Part shown: piece by piece, positions 13,046 through 27,751 of the stretch
How positions within the stretch are numbered: the first letter of the stretch is position 1
Layout: each line of letters begins with the position of its first letter
Assembly (NCBI RefSeq): GCF_009914755.1
Contig: NC_060941.1
Direction: 5' to 3' (one strand)
Length of the DNA stretch: 64,000 nucleotides
Source: the human T2T-CHM13v2.0 reference genome, Homo sapiens
Made by a program: the position numbers and the translations under genes
Notes under the pieces: generated by a model
Databases searched by the model: none
What the model was told of the DNA's origin: nothing
The model's input: only the letters and a program-made list of their open reading frames with translations

Positions 13046-16000
13046 TTGTAGCATGTGCAATAATTAATACATACTACAGCATTAAGCAATGGCCTGACAC
13101 TTGGCTCAAGGGCAGAAACACAAGAAATCAAGACTAAACTTCATTTTAGAGGGGGAAATCGGTAAATAGTATAGTGTGATAATGCCTAGGACCTAGGAAA
13201 GGAAAGGTTTTTTAAAAGCACCAAAGGAAGATATCAAAAGCATAGTAGGAGGTAAGGGAAGACAGAGGTGGTGTTATTAGCGCTGAAATCCAAAGCTTCC
13301 TTCACCACCATATTACCTCCTAAGAAATTAAATTCCAGGTAATCAGCAATGGGTAACTCCATTGCCTGATTTTCTTGGCACAAAAGCTAACAAGCTTCAT
13401 TAGTTACCTGGACAGATTATCTACACCAGCCAAATCCACAGCCCCCACACCTCTCCCGGTTCAGATTCAGCCGTCTATTCTGTGCTATGGGGTAGATTTC
13501 TTAAGTGCAAGGAAATTTCCAGAGTGCAATTTGAAGTCCAAGTGAGTAAAAAATGTAATATTTTTCCTCCCTTTTGTAAAAGCATGCTGATATGTTCTTA
13601 ATTCTCTTGCCATTTTGTATTAGAGCCCTGATACTTAGTGTCCAGAAGTTATTTGACTTAAAGACGTTTGTGGCTTCAGGTTACTTTCCACATTCAGATT
13701 CCAAAGTTGCTGGCTGCTACATACCTACTCTCCAGTTGGACTGGCCTCCAGAATGAGCGATGACTCCGAAAGATAACATATTTATATTAAGACAAGGTGA
13801 TAGGAAAATAAGGTACAACAAGTTAGTCCATACAAATGCAGCTATTGAGATATATTGTATTTTTGGTACAAATTACTCAGTGGCTTGTTACATAGTTGGG
13901 TTTATTTGCAGTAATATAGAATCATCAGATCATTGCTATTCCTTCACTCCATCTGCTATGTGAGCTAGCTTATAAAAAACTCTAAAGGAAAAAAGAAAGA
14001 AAGAAAAAAACTCTCTCCCCACCCAAGTTGCTGGGGTTGTTGGTTTATTTTACCTGTTACTAATATCAACTTTATGGTACATTTTTGTCTGCTTTAAAAA
14101 AAGTGGTTTATATGAATCTATGCAGTATATTATTTATAGTGTTGCGGCCAGATCTTTTCATGATAAAAATGTAAAACCTTCCTGTAAAAATTTTTTATTT
14201 TAAATAAAAATTACCCTTTTCTTCCCCAGTTTAGGTCAGCTCTTATTTTGCTCCATAACCACCAAACCTTGAAAACTTACATTGTCGCTAATCAATGGAC
14301 CAGACTTTAACACGCGTTTTAAGGTCATGCTTTAAATTCATTTTTGTGATTGCAAAGTGACTTTTTTCCCTGTCTGGCAATTAACTGATACGACACTAAT
14401 CCTTTGCACATCTGGTACTAAATGTTTGCTCACATGGGTTCCCCCGTGAGAAAGTGTGGCCAAACGGCGACATTGAGTGTGCTTGACTTCACTTTAAAAT
14501 CTTCACTCTCCGGGATTAAAATCTTGAGATAAAACATCTGGATTTCAAGGGTGTCCCCAGAGAATGAAAGTTATAGTTGTATAGAATACATATTGCACAT
14601 AATATGGTCTTGTTATTTCTGTATTAGCACAACTCCAGCCGGTGCCTGCCGTTAGCATGTCAGTCTCCTGACACATCATTAATAAACAGGTAATTTCATA
14701 ACTGATTTCCAGCAAGTGTCATGTTGAAAACCACCTGGGTTTTAGTTTTCACTAACATTAAAGGCACAGGCTAGAGGGAGGTCGTTATTATTAAACTGGG
14801 ACTAATTTAATTGAATAATGAATGGAATCAGCAAAAACAAATGCATATGCAGAAGGATAAAAGAAGTTTCCAGGCCAATGGATAGGTCTGGATCCACTGA
14901 TAAAGATGTGACTATTCCTTCCCTTCCCCTTGCCCTCTCCAAATTTATACATTAGGAGTTACTCTGAAACTGTGCCCACTGCCTCCAGGAAAGTTCCAAA
15001 AAAAACACCAAGGAAGTAACCATGATGGGGGAAAAAATCTATACTTTTAAAATTGTGACATGTGAAATTAGGTCTATGATATGCTTATGTATTCAATGAA
15101 TTTTAAAGGCATATTGCACGTTGAATGCCATTAAAGATGAAAAACACACTCACCAAGGTAAGCCATTGTCACAGTTAACCTGTAGATCTAGCCAAGTGTG
15201 TACTGAGGGACAATAACCTGATTGTTAAACGTAATTGAAAACCATAACTGTGATATAATCCACATCTTGGCCTATGCTGGGCCTTCTTATTTTTATTTTG
15301 TAAATCTCGATGTTATCTTATCGGCATCATTTCTACTACATTGGAAAGTAGCTAAGCAATGCTATGGCCTGACTTCACAGCATTAGAAATGTTGCCCAGT
15401 CGTTTCCAGGGGGCTCTCAGTCTTTTGATGTATTTCAGGGGGAGTTTTTAACTTTCTTTATGACCCAAAGCTAATAACTTCCTTTGTTAGCCTTTGTCCT
15501 CTGCTCATGTGAAATTTCAATCACAATATGAACCTGAATGAATATGGAGTATTATTTTGGCATTTTCTACATCCTGCCCTTTGTCTTTAGCAAACAGGGT
15601 AAACAAGTTGTGTTTTACCAACTTCTCTGACCGTCTATTCCATTCTCAACTCCATAATAATCTTTCCTTCTTCCCAACAAGTTTTTAGGAGATTCATTTA
15701 CAAAAAATCTGGCCTGTAGTTTAGACAAAAACCTGATTAGAGACTGGGAGATGTAGAAAACTGATGCCAAAATTTCTTTAGTTTTTTTTTTTTTTATTTC
15801 ATAACAAAAGATTGTAAGAAATTATTCAGTTTACATGAAGACATTGACTACCACTGGTTATTCAATACACTATCATGCATATAGTGAGAAATTTAAACAC
15901 ATCTGTTATAATCACTCCTATTTTATAGTTTAAAAAAGCAGAAGAGCAATAACGATAGTTGTCTAAAGTCAATAATTGCCTAAAGTCTGTCACAGAGGTT

Positions 16001-16200
16001 ATGGTGAAGCCAAGATTAGAGCTTGAATGCTTCCAAAAAAAGCAATGTTATACTAGATGAAACAGCCTGAACTAAACTAGTATATTTCTACATGTACATC
16101 GACACAGTAAGCTTCCTAAAGGTGCAGTCGTTACTGTAAAGCTGGTAGAATGAAATAAGCAAGTATTTCCTAAGAGTTTGTATAAAAATGAATCGCCTCT

Positions 16201-16536
<336 letters not shown>

Positions 16537-16539
16537 TTA

Positions 16540-16745
16540 AAGCACTTTCCACGTGAATGAAATTCTTGAAATTTTCAACAAGCTTATGCCATTGGTTTGA
16601 TTATTAGCCTTGATTTACACACACGGAAACCAAGTCAATGAGGGTTTAAGTAAAATGTGCCAGGATGCCACCACTGGTAAGTGATTAGAAGAAGAATTTG
16701 GAACCAAGAATTTGACTCCAAAGCCTAAACTCTTAACTGTGATGT
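16540..16745 (-). mobile_element. MIR SINE
   Basis: ggaaaccaagtcaatgagggtttaagtaaaatgtgccagg...tgactccaaagcctaaactcttaac. Confidence 0.65.
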
Positions 16746-16910
16746 ACTTCACCACCTTTCTAATGACTTATAATTGCTAGTTGTTGGAATGTTACCAAGG
16801 GCAAAGGATAACTGTTAATAGGAATCTCCTAGAACTTGACAATGTAAGGACTAGCTTCCCTTACTTTAGAAGCCAATCCCATAATGCAAATAAGAGGTGC
16901 AAGTTCTTTT

Positions 16911-17223
<313 letters not shown>

Positions 17224-17521
17224 CACAAGTTCTTTATCATCAATTTTTTTTTTCTTAGATCTAAGAGACATTTTCCTAGGCATTCTAAGTCTCAGCTGTC
17301 CAATCTGTAAAATGGGTATAGATGGAATTTCCTTACAAATACATTGGTGTAAACACAAATATATTGGTTTTCAAATTCATGCTTTCCAGTTATTCTGTGT
17401 TTGGTGTCTTTATGTCACTGCTAAGTTAGATCATCGTTCTCTCTACTTGGGGAGGAGGGGTGCCTTTACCATGACAATCTTCTATTTCTATGATATGGAC
17501 CCCAAATTAATATTGTATCCA

Positions 17522-17687
17522 TTAGTACTTTCTACTAGCTTCTAGTAGTAGCTAGAAGTACTAGCTAGTACTTGCTAGTAGTACTAGTAGTGCTGGTAGT
17601 GCTAGTAGTACTAGTAGTGCTGGTAGTACTACTAGTAGCTAGTAGAAGACACTAGTTAGTTATACTTCTAGTAGCTACTAGTAGCTG
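17522..17687. repeat. Mixed (TAG)/(CTA) self-complementary low-complexity patch with a 27-bp tandem duplication
   Basis: gctagtagtactagtagtgctggtagt at 17574-17600 and 17601-17627; perfect palindromes at 17556-17573 and 17673-17686. Confidence 0.9.
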
Positions 17688-18154
17688 AAATTTTTGTACG
17701 CTGAAATGTGAACACCCTCATACATATTGATTCTTTTTCATTCATTGACATCAAGCAATTTGTACCACATAGAAAAGTGTGTTAAAATCTTTTAGGTGAA
17801 ACACGTATACTATATGAAAAAAAGATATTAAGTAGTCAAAATTAACACAGGTTTATGTATCCAAGCAGAAATCTGACAACTGAGGATTAAAGAAGAAAAA
17901 AATCCCGGAATGGGCCTAGGGCAAATCTAACTATCTCTGTTATTTAGATTTTTACTTCCCCAGCCAAATCATGCTTATAATCTATTTAAATTGCATTTTT
18001 CTGCACAGTTTTTCATAGTCTTGTGAAGGACTTTTGTTTACACTCAAAATAATACAAGCCATTCAATGGTAAACTGATGAAGGAAACTAACATTCTGGAC
18101 ATTTATAAAATCTATGAAAATCTGTATCAAACTCAGTTAAGCTCTTCCCTAGAC

Positions 18155-18915
18155 TAATAGTTCTCAATCAGGGGTGATTTTGCACCTGGATTGGGGTTCT
18201 CCAGAAAGACAGAACCCACAGGATATACGTAGATATACAGGAGGAGATTATGGGAATTAGTTCACATGATGATGAAAACGAAGAAGTCTCACAATATACT
18301 GTCTGCAAACTGGAAAACCAAGAAAGCTGCTGGCATAATTCATTCTGAGTCAAAGGCCTCAGAACTAGAGGAGCTGATGATATAACCCCTAGTTATAGGA
18401 GTTTCTGAGATGTAAAACACACTTTCTGAAGCATCTGAAACCTCAACTAAAGGCCCAAAAACCAGGGATGAATGTGGGAGCTGCTGATGTCAGTCTTGGA
18501 GTCTGCAAGACCTGTCTTCTTGTTCTACTCAAGTGGACCTTCAACAGATTGAAGGATGCCTGCCCACACTGGTGAAGGCAAATCTCTACCTGTTCTGCCA
18601 GTTCAAATGCTAATCTCTCCTGCAAACACTCTCCTAGCCACATCCAGAATAATGTTTTGCCAGCAATCTGGGCATCCCTTAGCCCAATCAAGTTGACACA
18701 TAAAATTAACCATCACAGCATGTCAGAACAGGGAACACTTGGTGATGTCTAGATACATTTTTGGTTGTCACAACTGGGTGGGTGGGTGGTGCTGCTAATA
18801 TCTAGTGGGTAAAGGTCAGAGATGCTGCTAAACATTCTGCAGGGTACTGGACAGCCCCCACCGCAAAGAAGTATCTGGGCCAAAATGTCAGTTGTGCTGA
18901 GATAGAGAAACCTTG
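18155..18915 (+). mobile_element. MER20 split by an MLT2 LTR (parts 18155-18186 and about 18728-18915)
   Basis: tagttctcaatcaggggtgattttgc | acatttttggttgtcacaactggg...gatgctgctaaacat...gagaaaccttg. Confidence 0.85.
18187..18717 (-). mobile_element. MLT2 (ERVL) LTR nested in MER20
   Basis: gggttctccagaaagacagaacc...caagttgacacataaaattaaccatcaca. Confidence 0.9.
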
Positions 18916-20134
18916 GTGTAGACTATTTGTTAGAGCCATTGATAAGGCAACCAGCTAGTGAGAGCCTAACAACCAGAAAGGTTTCTATAGGGCATGTATA
19001 TTTCATCTCAGCCTCACATTGTTCCATTCCCAAAGCAAAATGTTATGCTCTTCAAAATCTCCAGGGAAGCTAGAAGCATAAAGCTTTGGGTGAAATGTAA
19101 ATTTCTTAAAATATTTATTCATCCATAAGTGGCTACATTTTTGACATTATTATATGGTTTCTCAGTGTTCCATTTTATTAAAAAATATTTATTTGGTTTC
19201 TAAGATTACTGCTTTTCTGACCACAGAAAATTCAATTACTGAAAACTGCAGCTATCAAATTGGTGGAAAATAAATAGCCTTTTATCCAAAGCTGGCAAAG
19301 ACTGGTTCACTTTTAATATGTAGCCATTAAAAAAAAATAAAAATAAGAAAACATTTCCATTGCAAGCTGATGGACTGCAGAGTCTCAAGCCAAGCAGTAT
19401 TTTGCATCATCAGGTTTTATTTAAAATAGGATGAGAAAGGAGTGGGGGCAGTTCAAGAAAAGAAGTCATCATCAGAGTAATTTAACATTATTTTTCCTCT
19501 TTTGTTTTACAAGACAGAAAAAAAAAGTGAGCCTTTTTGCCAATAGAAATCACTTTCTCCTGCTTTCTCTCTGTCTCGGTTTGAAATGTTTAGTAATATA
19601 CAGGAAATGTGGTAAGTGGGATCTACAAACGTGGGCTCCCAACATCAAGGCTAATTATGTGCGAAGCAATTGAGATGGCAGCAGAATTGCCAGGGAACTG
19701 AAAGGGAGGCTGAACCAGCACGCCTGGGTCTTTCATTGGCTTCATATTTGTGTTTTAATCTCCTGCACAACACGTTTTTTCCCCTTTCTACAAAGAACAC
19801 ATGTCCATGTTTCCTCAGTGAAAACCAATAAACAAACAAAAAGAAGTAACGGAAAAATTAGTAGAACCACTTTGTAAATTAAAGAGCCGAGATTCTCCAG
19901 CCTGTGGGTTAAATTTCCATTTCTGAGTTGCCATCCTCCTACCACTGAAGACGCATCTAGGCTGTTTCTCACTTCAGTAAGATTGATCTACACACAATTC
20001 AAGTTCGTTTTTATATTAGGCTTATAAAACATCAGGAAGCCAATACTGCTGCAGAATATAGATAATGCTTATTATGTTAACTAGCCTGGGCATCACTCAT
20101 CCCCTTGAAGACAATTTGCTGAGAATTATTGAGG

Positions 20135-20320
20135 TTGTACATTAGAAGAAGCCCTTAACCGATGAGAATCAAGAGATCTAGCTTTGCTTGCTTTCTGCTA
20201 TTAATCAGCTGGGTGGACTTCAGCAAGTCCTTAAAACTCACTGAGACACAATTCCTTTACCCGTACAATGAAGTGGTTGGAAGAAAGTGTCTAAGGTCAT
20301 TTCCAACTCTATAATTTTTT
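20135..20320 (+). mobile_element. MIR3-like SINE
   Basis: cagctgggtggacttcagcaagtcc...tctaaggtcatttccaactctataatt. Confidence 0.6.
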
Positions 20321-21610
20321 GCCTTTGATTTTGTTCACCCAGTACGGTATGAACTCTGAGCTAATGACACACCACCATTAGCAAGAAGCCTCCCTGCATC
20401 AAATGTGAAATTCTAAGATCTCGCAAAGGCTATTTCCAATTATGGTGATAATGTAACACTCTTCTTTGCCACTTTATTTTCCCAAGATCTGCTCCCCTAA
20501 AATGAGATTATAAGAGATGATGGGTGATGCTAATCACAGTCTTGGAAACTGAAATTGTCATGAGAAATGTGTGCTTAAATGGGACCATCCTGTGCATTGG
20601 CTGACAGGAAAAGACTGTCTTTTTCTCTCTCTCTCTCTCTCACACGCACACATTCCCCACCCTGAAATGACTTGTCTTTTAGGAGAGTGCGAGGGGATTG
20701 GCAAAGAGGATTTAACCACAGCTAAGGGTACGGTGTTCGTGACAAAGCACACGATACCTAGAGAGGACAGGACAACCACTGCATAGTAGTCAGAACTAGG
20801 GCTGAGCAGGGAAAGGCTGACTTCATGAGGAGTTCCCTTAAAAAGCAGAAAGAAAACATAACAGCTCTGTCTGCTTTCTCATGTCTCTGGGTTAGGAGAG
20901 AACCACAGGCTCCCAGTTTTTACTGCCTGGTTTTGCGGTCTTATTGAGGGGTAACGTGACGACAGACAATAACAGTTCTGGGCCCTCCCATTTTGGAAAT
21001 TCTTTACTAGTTTTCTTAATGCTACTTACTATGTATTATAGTTGTGGGTTCTAGATAAAAGATACTACTTCTTACAGCTAATCCCTCTTGTTTGAACCTT
21101 CACTAGTTTGTAAGAGATTATACCAGGAAAACCATATCAGGATTTTTTTTTTTAATAAGTCAAAAAGATGACCAGGGAACATAGCACATTTTGGGAATTC
21201 AGTGTGGGGAAGGAGACTGATGCTTTCATGTAACTTCTAAATTTTAAAATCATGAGTTTGAAACATATCTGCATCAAGGTAGAACAATTCCACTGTCATT
21301 GGCTCTATTAGAGCCCAGTGACTTTAGAGGAGGGGCTGATATCATCCTGTCAAAGGGCAAAGGGCATCAAAGGATGGAATTTAAAACATCTTTGAAGAGC
21401 ACAGGGTCAGCAGATCTTTGTTAACAGCTTCTGTTCGCAGACCTGCCAAAGTGTACCCTGTGCTTCTGGTGGGGCAACTGTGGCTGATGATTGACAGCTC
21501 TGTGATAAGGAAAGCTGACAGTAGAGTCTCCCATCAGGGCGGGGTGCAAAGAGGTGGAGAGGAGTGTGATGCTCTTCCAAGTCTTTTTAGCACTAAACAT
21601 GTAAGTAGTT

Positions 21611-21660
21611 GCAACTCCCAGAGAGTGATCTACGCAACTCCCAGAGAGTGATCTATGCAA
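21611..21660. repeat. 23-bp tandem duplication
   Basis: gcaactcccagagagtgatcta(c/t) twice, followed by gcaa. Confidence 0.95.
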
Positions 21661-24600
21661 AGTTTTAAAAACAACATCTGATTTAGTTAAACATGTTATA
21701 TAATTTGACATGCATAGAAAAACTCCAAAGCAATTGGCAGATTAGGAAAGCAAGCGGGGGAAGGTCAAGTGTTTTGTCAAAGGTGGAAGCACAGTTAATG
21801 GAAGAAAAGACTCTAAACCCAGGTCTTCATCCACTAGAAAGCAAAATTATGAAAATAATTGTCCAAAATGACAGGTGGACAGGAATAACTGATGAATGGA
21901 TGAAATGTGAAATTAAATCAAAATTGCACTACTTAGACAAAAGAACAGATTTTGGACCCATCTTGTGATTCTTTGTTTGCTCCATGGATGTACACCCCCA
22001 GATCAAACTAGAAACTTCAGGCTGAGGAGAGGAAAATGTGTAAGTAGAGAACTGGGAAGGATGACATGAATTAAAATCATCTTAAAAGAGAAGTAAATTC
22101 TTCTCTGTGCTTTGCCTAAGTGAACATAGTCTTTGTGTTAACAATGGAAAGGAAATACCTTTCCATTTTAAGAATGGATTAGGCTAGTTTTATGTCATTA
22201 ATTGCACTTAAAAGAATTTAGCCAAGTTTAACAAATTTATTGGTCATCTACTATGAGCCAAGAGTGAAGTATGAAGGAAACTGGAATCCAAAGATAAATG
22301 AGACCAGTCCTCAGAGAAGGTCTCATGTTATATGAATGCCAATTGTATTCTAATTAAATTATTCCAATTATTTTTCTGTCTCCTTTCACAAAGAGAGTAG
22401 TTATTGGGTAGGAAATGCAAGCAATCACATTGGGGATATTTAACTCTTTTGGGAGGAAAGAAAAGATTTAGAGTTAGAAAGGGAAAATATGAAACCATAT
22501 TTTTATCCATTTTATTGCCATTAAAAATGTTTTTGCATCTTCGTTGATAAAGGTTTAAACACAGTATACAGGAGACTAGGGAAAAACGTATAGGCAGAGT
22601 CAGCTGCTGATTATGTGTGGTGAGAAGAAGGGGGGTTTCAAAGGCAGACAAATATATTGTTTGAACATACATGGCAGGAGAAAAGGTTGAAAACTCTCAC
22701 TCTAATCTACTGCCGATATGATTTCCAAGTTCATCTGGTGGCTGGTTAACAAAATCCAACCGCTGCACATTTGAGACATAATTATGTGGTAGTAGAAAGA
22801 AAGTTTGTAATTTATACCGGTGCCTACCCGGTGTTAGCTTCCAGGAGACCTGACCCTTTCCCCAACCTCTTTTTGACCAAGCCAGCTCCACTCATTCCCC
22901 AGTCAGATTGGAAGTTACAGGTTCCACTGGAAACATGGTTTATGGATAATGTATCTATAATGGACTCTCCACTCAAAACCAATACAGCAGTAGCATAGCC
23001 ATCAGCAATCAGTCCATAAAATCTGCAGTTGCCTTCCTTTTTTTCTTAAAGGGGGCAGGAAGCTAATGGATTTGAAATAGCAGAAGCGGACCACAGACCT
23101 TTTTAATAAATGAAAATAAAATTGAGTCTCAGGTTTATGTTGATCTATAGAACTGTGAGTCTCAGAGTCCTCCCACTGTTTCCCTCAGGGCTGATTCCTA
23201 GCCTAAACCACCCAACATTCATAGCTGATAAGTGTCTACTGAAGGGTAATAAAATACAGTGTGTGTAGTTGTAGAGAATGTAACTTATCACTTTCATCAA
23301 AAGCTCCCTGAAAATGTGTTTATCTAAAAGGCTTGTATGTTTGTGTATATTTCAAATATCTTTGCCGTTCGATTGAGCTCCTTGGGCATTTAAAAGCTAT
23401 TCCTTGAAAAGGCTTTTTTGGAAACTGTTTAGCTATGGGTTAATGGTTACATTTCCTTGGATTGGAGATATCCTCCAGGTTACAGAATTCATACAAATAT
23501 ATACAAATGAGACATTGACTGTTACCCAATTTTATTTTCTCACTAAATCAAGGTAAAGATTTAAGGCCCAATTCATAAAAGAGAAAAAAAAAATCTTTAT
23601 GTGGGTGTTAGGTGATTTTTAACTCCGACACAACTGATGCTGGGAATTTTCCAAGCATGTGGCTGCCTAGTGGGGAAAAAAAGAAAAAAGAAAAAACAGT
23701 TTGAGATGTTGAGAAAGAGGTTGGGGCACTCTGGTAATAGCTATGGAATATGACTGCATGTCACTTTTAAAAGCTGGCTGTGCTGCAGATGGTTTATAGC
23801 TGCTATATGGATGGTCTTATCTGGAAATACTTCTGGATCCTTCAAGAAATGGACGGAAAAAAAAGAGTTTTGTGTTTTTTTTTGATCAAAGACTGAGTTT
23901 TAAGTGTCTCAATGGAATGTTGAGATTTTCCTTAAGGAAGGTGCTCACTAAATATCAATGATGAAATCATTGCCAAGGGAGTTGCAAAGAAATATCTTTT
24001 CTATGTGTATGTTACCTGCCTAGAGGTATCAGTAGTTCCATCTATGCTTAGATTGTGTGTGGAACAATGCTTTCAAAATGTTGCAAAATGTGAGTACATT
24101 CCTAGTTCAGAAAACAAGCAGTCTAACTTGCCTCCAGATGTCCAATATCTGGATCATCACACCATTTATGGAACACTTACTATTTCTCAGTTACAGTTTC
24201 AGGAATGGGTTTTGATTAGGGAAAAGCCTTAGATACTGAATATCTCCCCTAAACACACAAGTCATGGGGATCACAGTGTGATCCACCTGGTGAATCAAGG
24301 ATTATTATTCTTGATTTTCTTTCAGCTGAGAGTTTGGAAAACTCATTTCTCCAGCCACCATGGTGGCTTCCACTTCTGGGATGAACTGACCAAGAAGGAC
24401 ACCAAGAATTCAGATCTGGTGGTGTTGTATAAAGTCCTTTGTTCTAGAAGGCTTTTCTTTTTCACTTAGTTTGAAGAAAGATCTTGGTGGATAAGTTGAG
24501 GCCACTCTTGCTTCATTCTATGGCATTCACGAAGAGACTCTCCCTGAGAGAGTGAAGCAATTACTAGGTTTTGACAATTACAAATATCTCTTTCAGTAGA

Positions 24601-27418
24601 TAAAGAGTGTGGTCTTTGTGACTGGCAATCACAAAGTGTTTTTTCATTGATAATTCAACTCCTTCTCAAAATTCTATAAGCTAATGAAAAATGACTATTT
24701 GAGATTTTTAGATTTGAATTATCCAGATCTATAATTTATATTAATCTAGTTATCTAGACAATTGTTTATTTCTTTACTTTTTCCACATAGACACATCCTA
24801 AAATCAAGATTTTGGGTACCCAATTAGTTGAGGGTCTCTTAAAAATAGAAATACAAAAACACTAAAATGTAACTTAAAATACTGAAAATAGTAATATCTA
24901 ATAACATTTATGCACTCATATATTTTGGCAAGTTCACAGCTATAAGATGTGGCCCCAAACTGGAAGTTCGTATCTTCAGGCTTTCTTGCATGTGAGCTCA
25001 GCTACTATGTTCCATTTAAAATAAAATCCCAAATTGGGCTTCCCTAATACGGGAGCTACATCGGAAAGGCACAGAGGGTTACATTTCCAGATAAATTAGA
25101 GGTCAAAGCAAAAAAGTACTGAATGTAGAACCCAGATCCTAAGTTTCTATCAAGTTATTTTCTTCTTTGGAAAGAAAAGACTGTTCCCAAATAGGGTAGT
25201 CAGTTTACGTAATAGGTAATAATAAATGCAGACAAGTCAATCAGCTCATGTGGCTTGTAATTCAATCCAGGACTCCTAATGTGAGTGGGCAAAGGGAAGT
25301 ATTTAGGTGAACTAAATACAGTAGGGGCAGTGATCATTTTTATTCAGGAATTTTATGTTTGGAGATCATAAAAATGGTAATTATAGCAAATATCTTTAAT
25401 AGTCATCCAGCAGGATGGAATAGAACCTAAAGACTTTTATCTGTACCTCATTAAAACCAGTCCAATAAGAGATCCACACCCCTTTGAAGCCCTTCTAACC
25501 ATGGTTCTTACACTCGTGTGGGATGTATATGTGTGTCTGTGTGTGTGTGTCTCAAGGTTCTGTTTGATTTCATATACACACGAATCTCAATATATACATA
25601 TAAGCTTTGATACATATATGCATTTCAATAGCTGACTAAGAACTACTATATATGAAATCAAAACATCAAATGGAACCTTGGGAGTAGTTAAAGAATTAGA
25701 ATCAATTTGTGAAATCATCATGTTACGATTCTTTAATTTTCAAAAGGGAATTCTGAAGCTATGAGGACACAGTCAGATGGAACATTTTCTCAATATTATG
25801 ATCTATTTATAAATTAACTGAAACAAGCCAGCTCTGACTTAGAAAACACTTTCTGGAATCCAAAATAACTTCCATCCAAATCCACATGTCAGACTCTTGC
25901 TTTCTGTTTGGAAGAATTTCCTAATTCTCTGAATTTCAAGACATAAGCTCTTATAAAATGAGCGTTAGACACATCAATATGTTCAGAGACTAAATCTTTT
26001 TCAATAGGCCAATTAGCAAACATCAATGTAAAGAACTTGGCCAACAGAATTTTACTAGTACCTTTTAATATTTTAGAAACTTTTAAGGAAATTATATATA
26101 TTTCTTACTTGATTTTTGGTGTCTCCTCTTTCTTCTTCCTCCTGTTCAAACTCCTTTCTTCGCTGCGTTACTACTGTTTGGTTTCTGTCAACTTCACCCT
26201 GAATTTTGGTGTCCTAAACAGCCTATCTGTGCCAAGGGCATTTCAAAGAATGAGGCTCCATTTTGAATCTACAGATGCTATTACTACTTATTTTTACAGA
26301 GTCAGGCCAAGCCAAATGGAACTCATTTCAATAGCTGACAAATTACCAAAATCACCCATATTATAAATTGTGTCTCCTGTAATATATTGGGATTCTTCAA
26401 AATGAGGAAATAAAAGATAGGTTCTATTTTAGCCTGTTAGGATATATCCAAATATTTTTAATTTTAGAATCAGGATGCTAAAAAAATTAGAAGTCTGAAA
26501 ACCACTGCAGAGTTTGGACACACATATCGACAGGGGTGGAGCAGACAGGAAGCTTCAATCTTTTCTGGGTAGTGGATAAAGCACCTTCCCTGTGGGGATG
26601 GGGAGGAGGGAAATGGTAAAAACACCCATATTTCTTTAATTTAGGAATCCCCCACCCTGAAGGGTATGAAAGTTTTCAAGTCTGACTTCTCTGACAGGCA
26701 GAGGTGGAACAGTTGAAATCAGTTCAAAAGAAGGTCTGTCAAAGAGTCTTGTCACAGGTAAAACCAAGTGCTCAGCTATTAGTGACAAAAGCAGCCAACT
26801 CGAGTGATTTCTCTGCCACATGTGCTGTGACAGGATTGTAGCAGTGTTCGTTTACTTAACACACGACTCCATGTGCACACACACACACTTCAGAGAGGAT
26901 TGTTTTTCACATGTATTTCAGTTACATTTCTTAAAATGCTGACCTCCTTGAAATCAATAGCTAATGGAATTCCCAACTCTGGTTGCATTGCTGATTTATA
27001 GACCCCTGGCTGGCCAGATGTACAGCTTTCCCCAAGAAAATGATAGTATCTGTGCTAATCACTTCCTGAATAAGTTGACTTTCCGGCCAATCTCTAATAC
27101 TACTTACGAGTCTCTCCCTTTAGCCCTTGAGAGTTTTATTTCATGATTTTCATCTTTTATCTCTCCTTCACTGGGTTATGTCAGCTTGCTGCAAAAATTT
27201 GTGTCCCAACAGGTGTTCTAAAGATCTCTTGAGTGAAGATGCAAAATATGTGTGTGTAATAAATGGATTTTATCTGTGAAATAAATTAATGTTATCTTTT
27301 TCTATCTTTGCCTTGAACTCAGTCAAAATAGATAAATGCCTTTGTGACAGTGAATTCTTAGCACCAAACTGTTTTGATCAAAAGTAAAATTATCAATTAT
27401 CTGATTTAATGCTTTCCG

Positions 27419-27468
27419 TTTTTTTTTTATTATTATACTTTAAGTTTTAGGGTACATGTGAACAATGT
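27419..27468 (-). mobile_element. Extreme 3' end (about 50 bp) of a young L1PA
   Basis: ttttttttttattattatactttaagttttagggtacatgtgaacaatgt. Confidence 0.9.
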
Positions 27469-27751
27469 TGAGATGGAGTCTTGCGCTGTTGCCCAGGCTG
27501 GAGTGCAGTGGTGCGATCTCAGCTCACTGAAACCTCTGCCTTACAGGTGCAAGCGATTCTCCTGCCTTAGCCTCCTGAGTAGCTGGGTCTTCAGATGCGT
27601 GCTACCACACCTGGCTAATTTTTTATATTTTTAGTAGAGACGGGGTTTCACCATGTTACCCAGGATGGTCTCGATCTCCTGACCTCATGATCCACCCGCC
27701 TAGGCCTCCCAAAGTGCTGGTATTACAGGCATAAGCCACTATGCCCAGGCC
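27468..27751 (-). mobile_element. AluS (Sc/Sc8-like) lacking its own poly(A) tail
   Basis: ttgagatggagtcttg...ggatggtctcgatctcctgacctcatga...gcccaggcc. Confidence 0.95.

Noticed and set aside
17574-17627. Direct repeats resembling a CRISPR array (also 21611-21660 and 46651-46912)
   Set aside because: Only two copies each, no unique spacers, eukaryotic context, no cas genes
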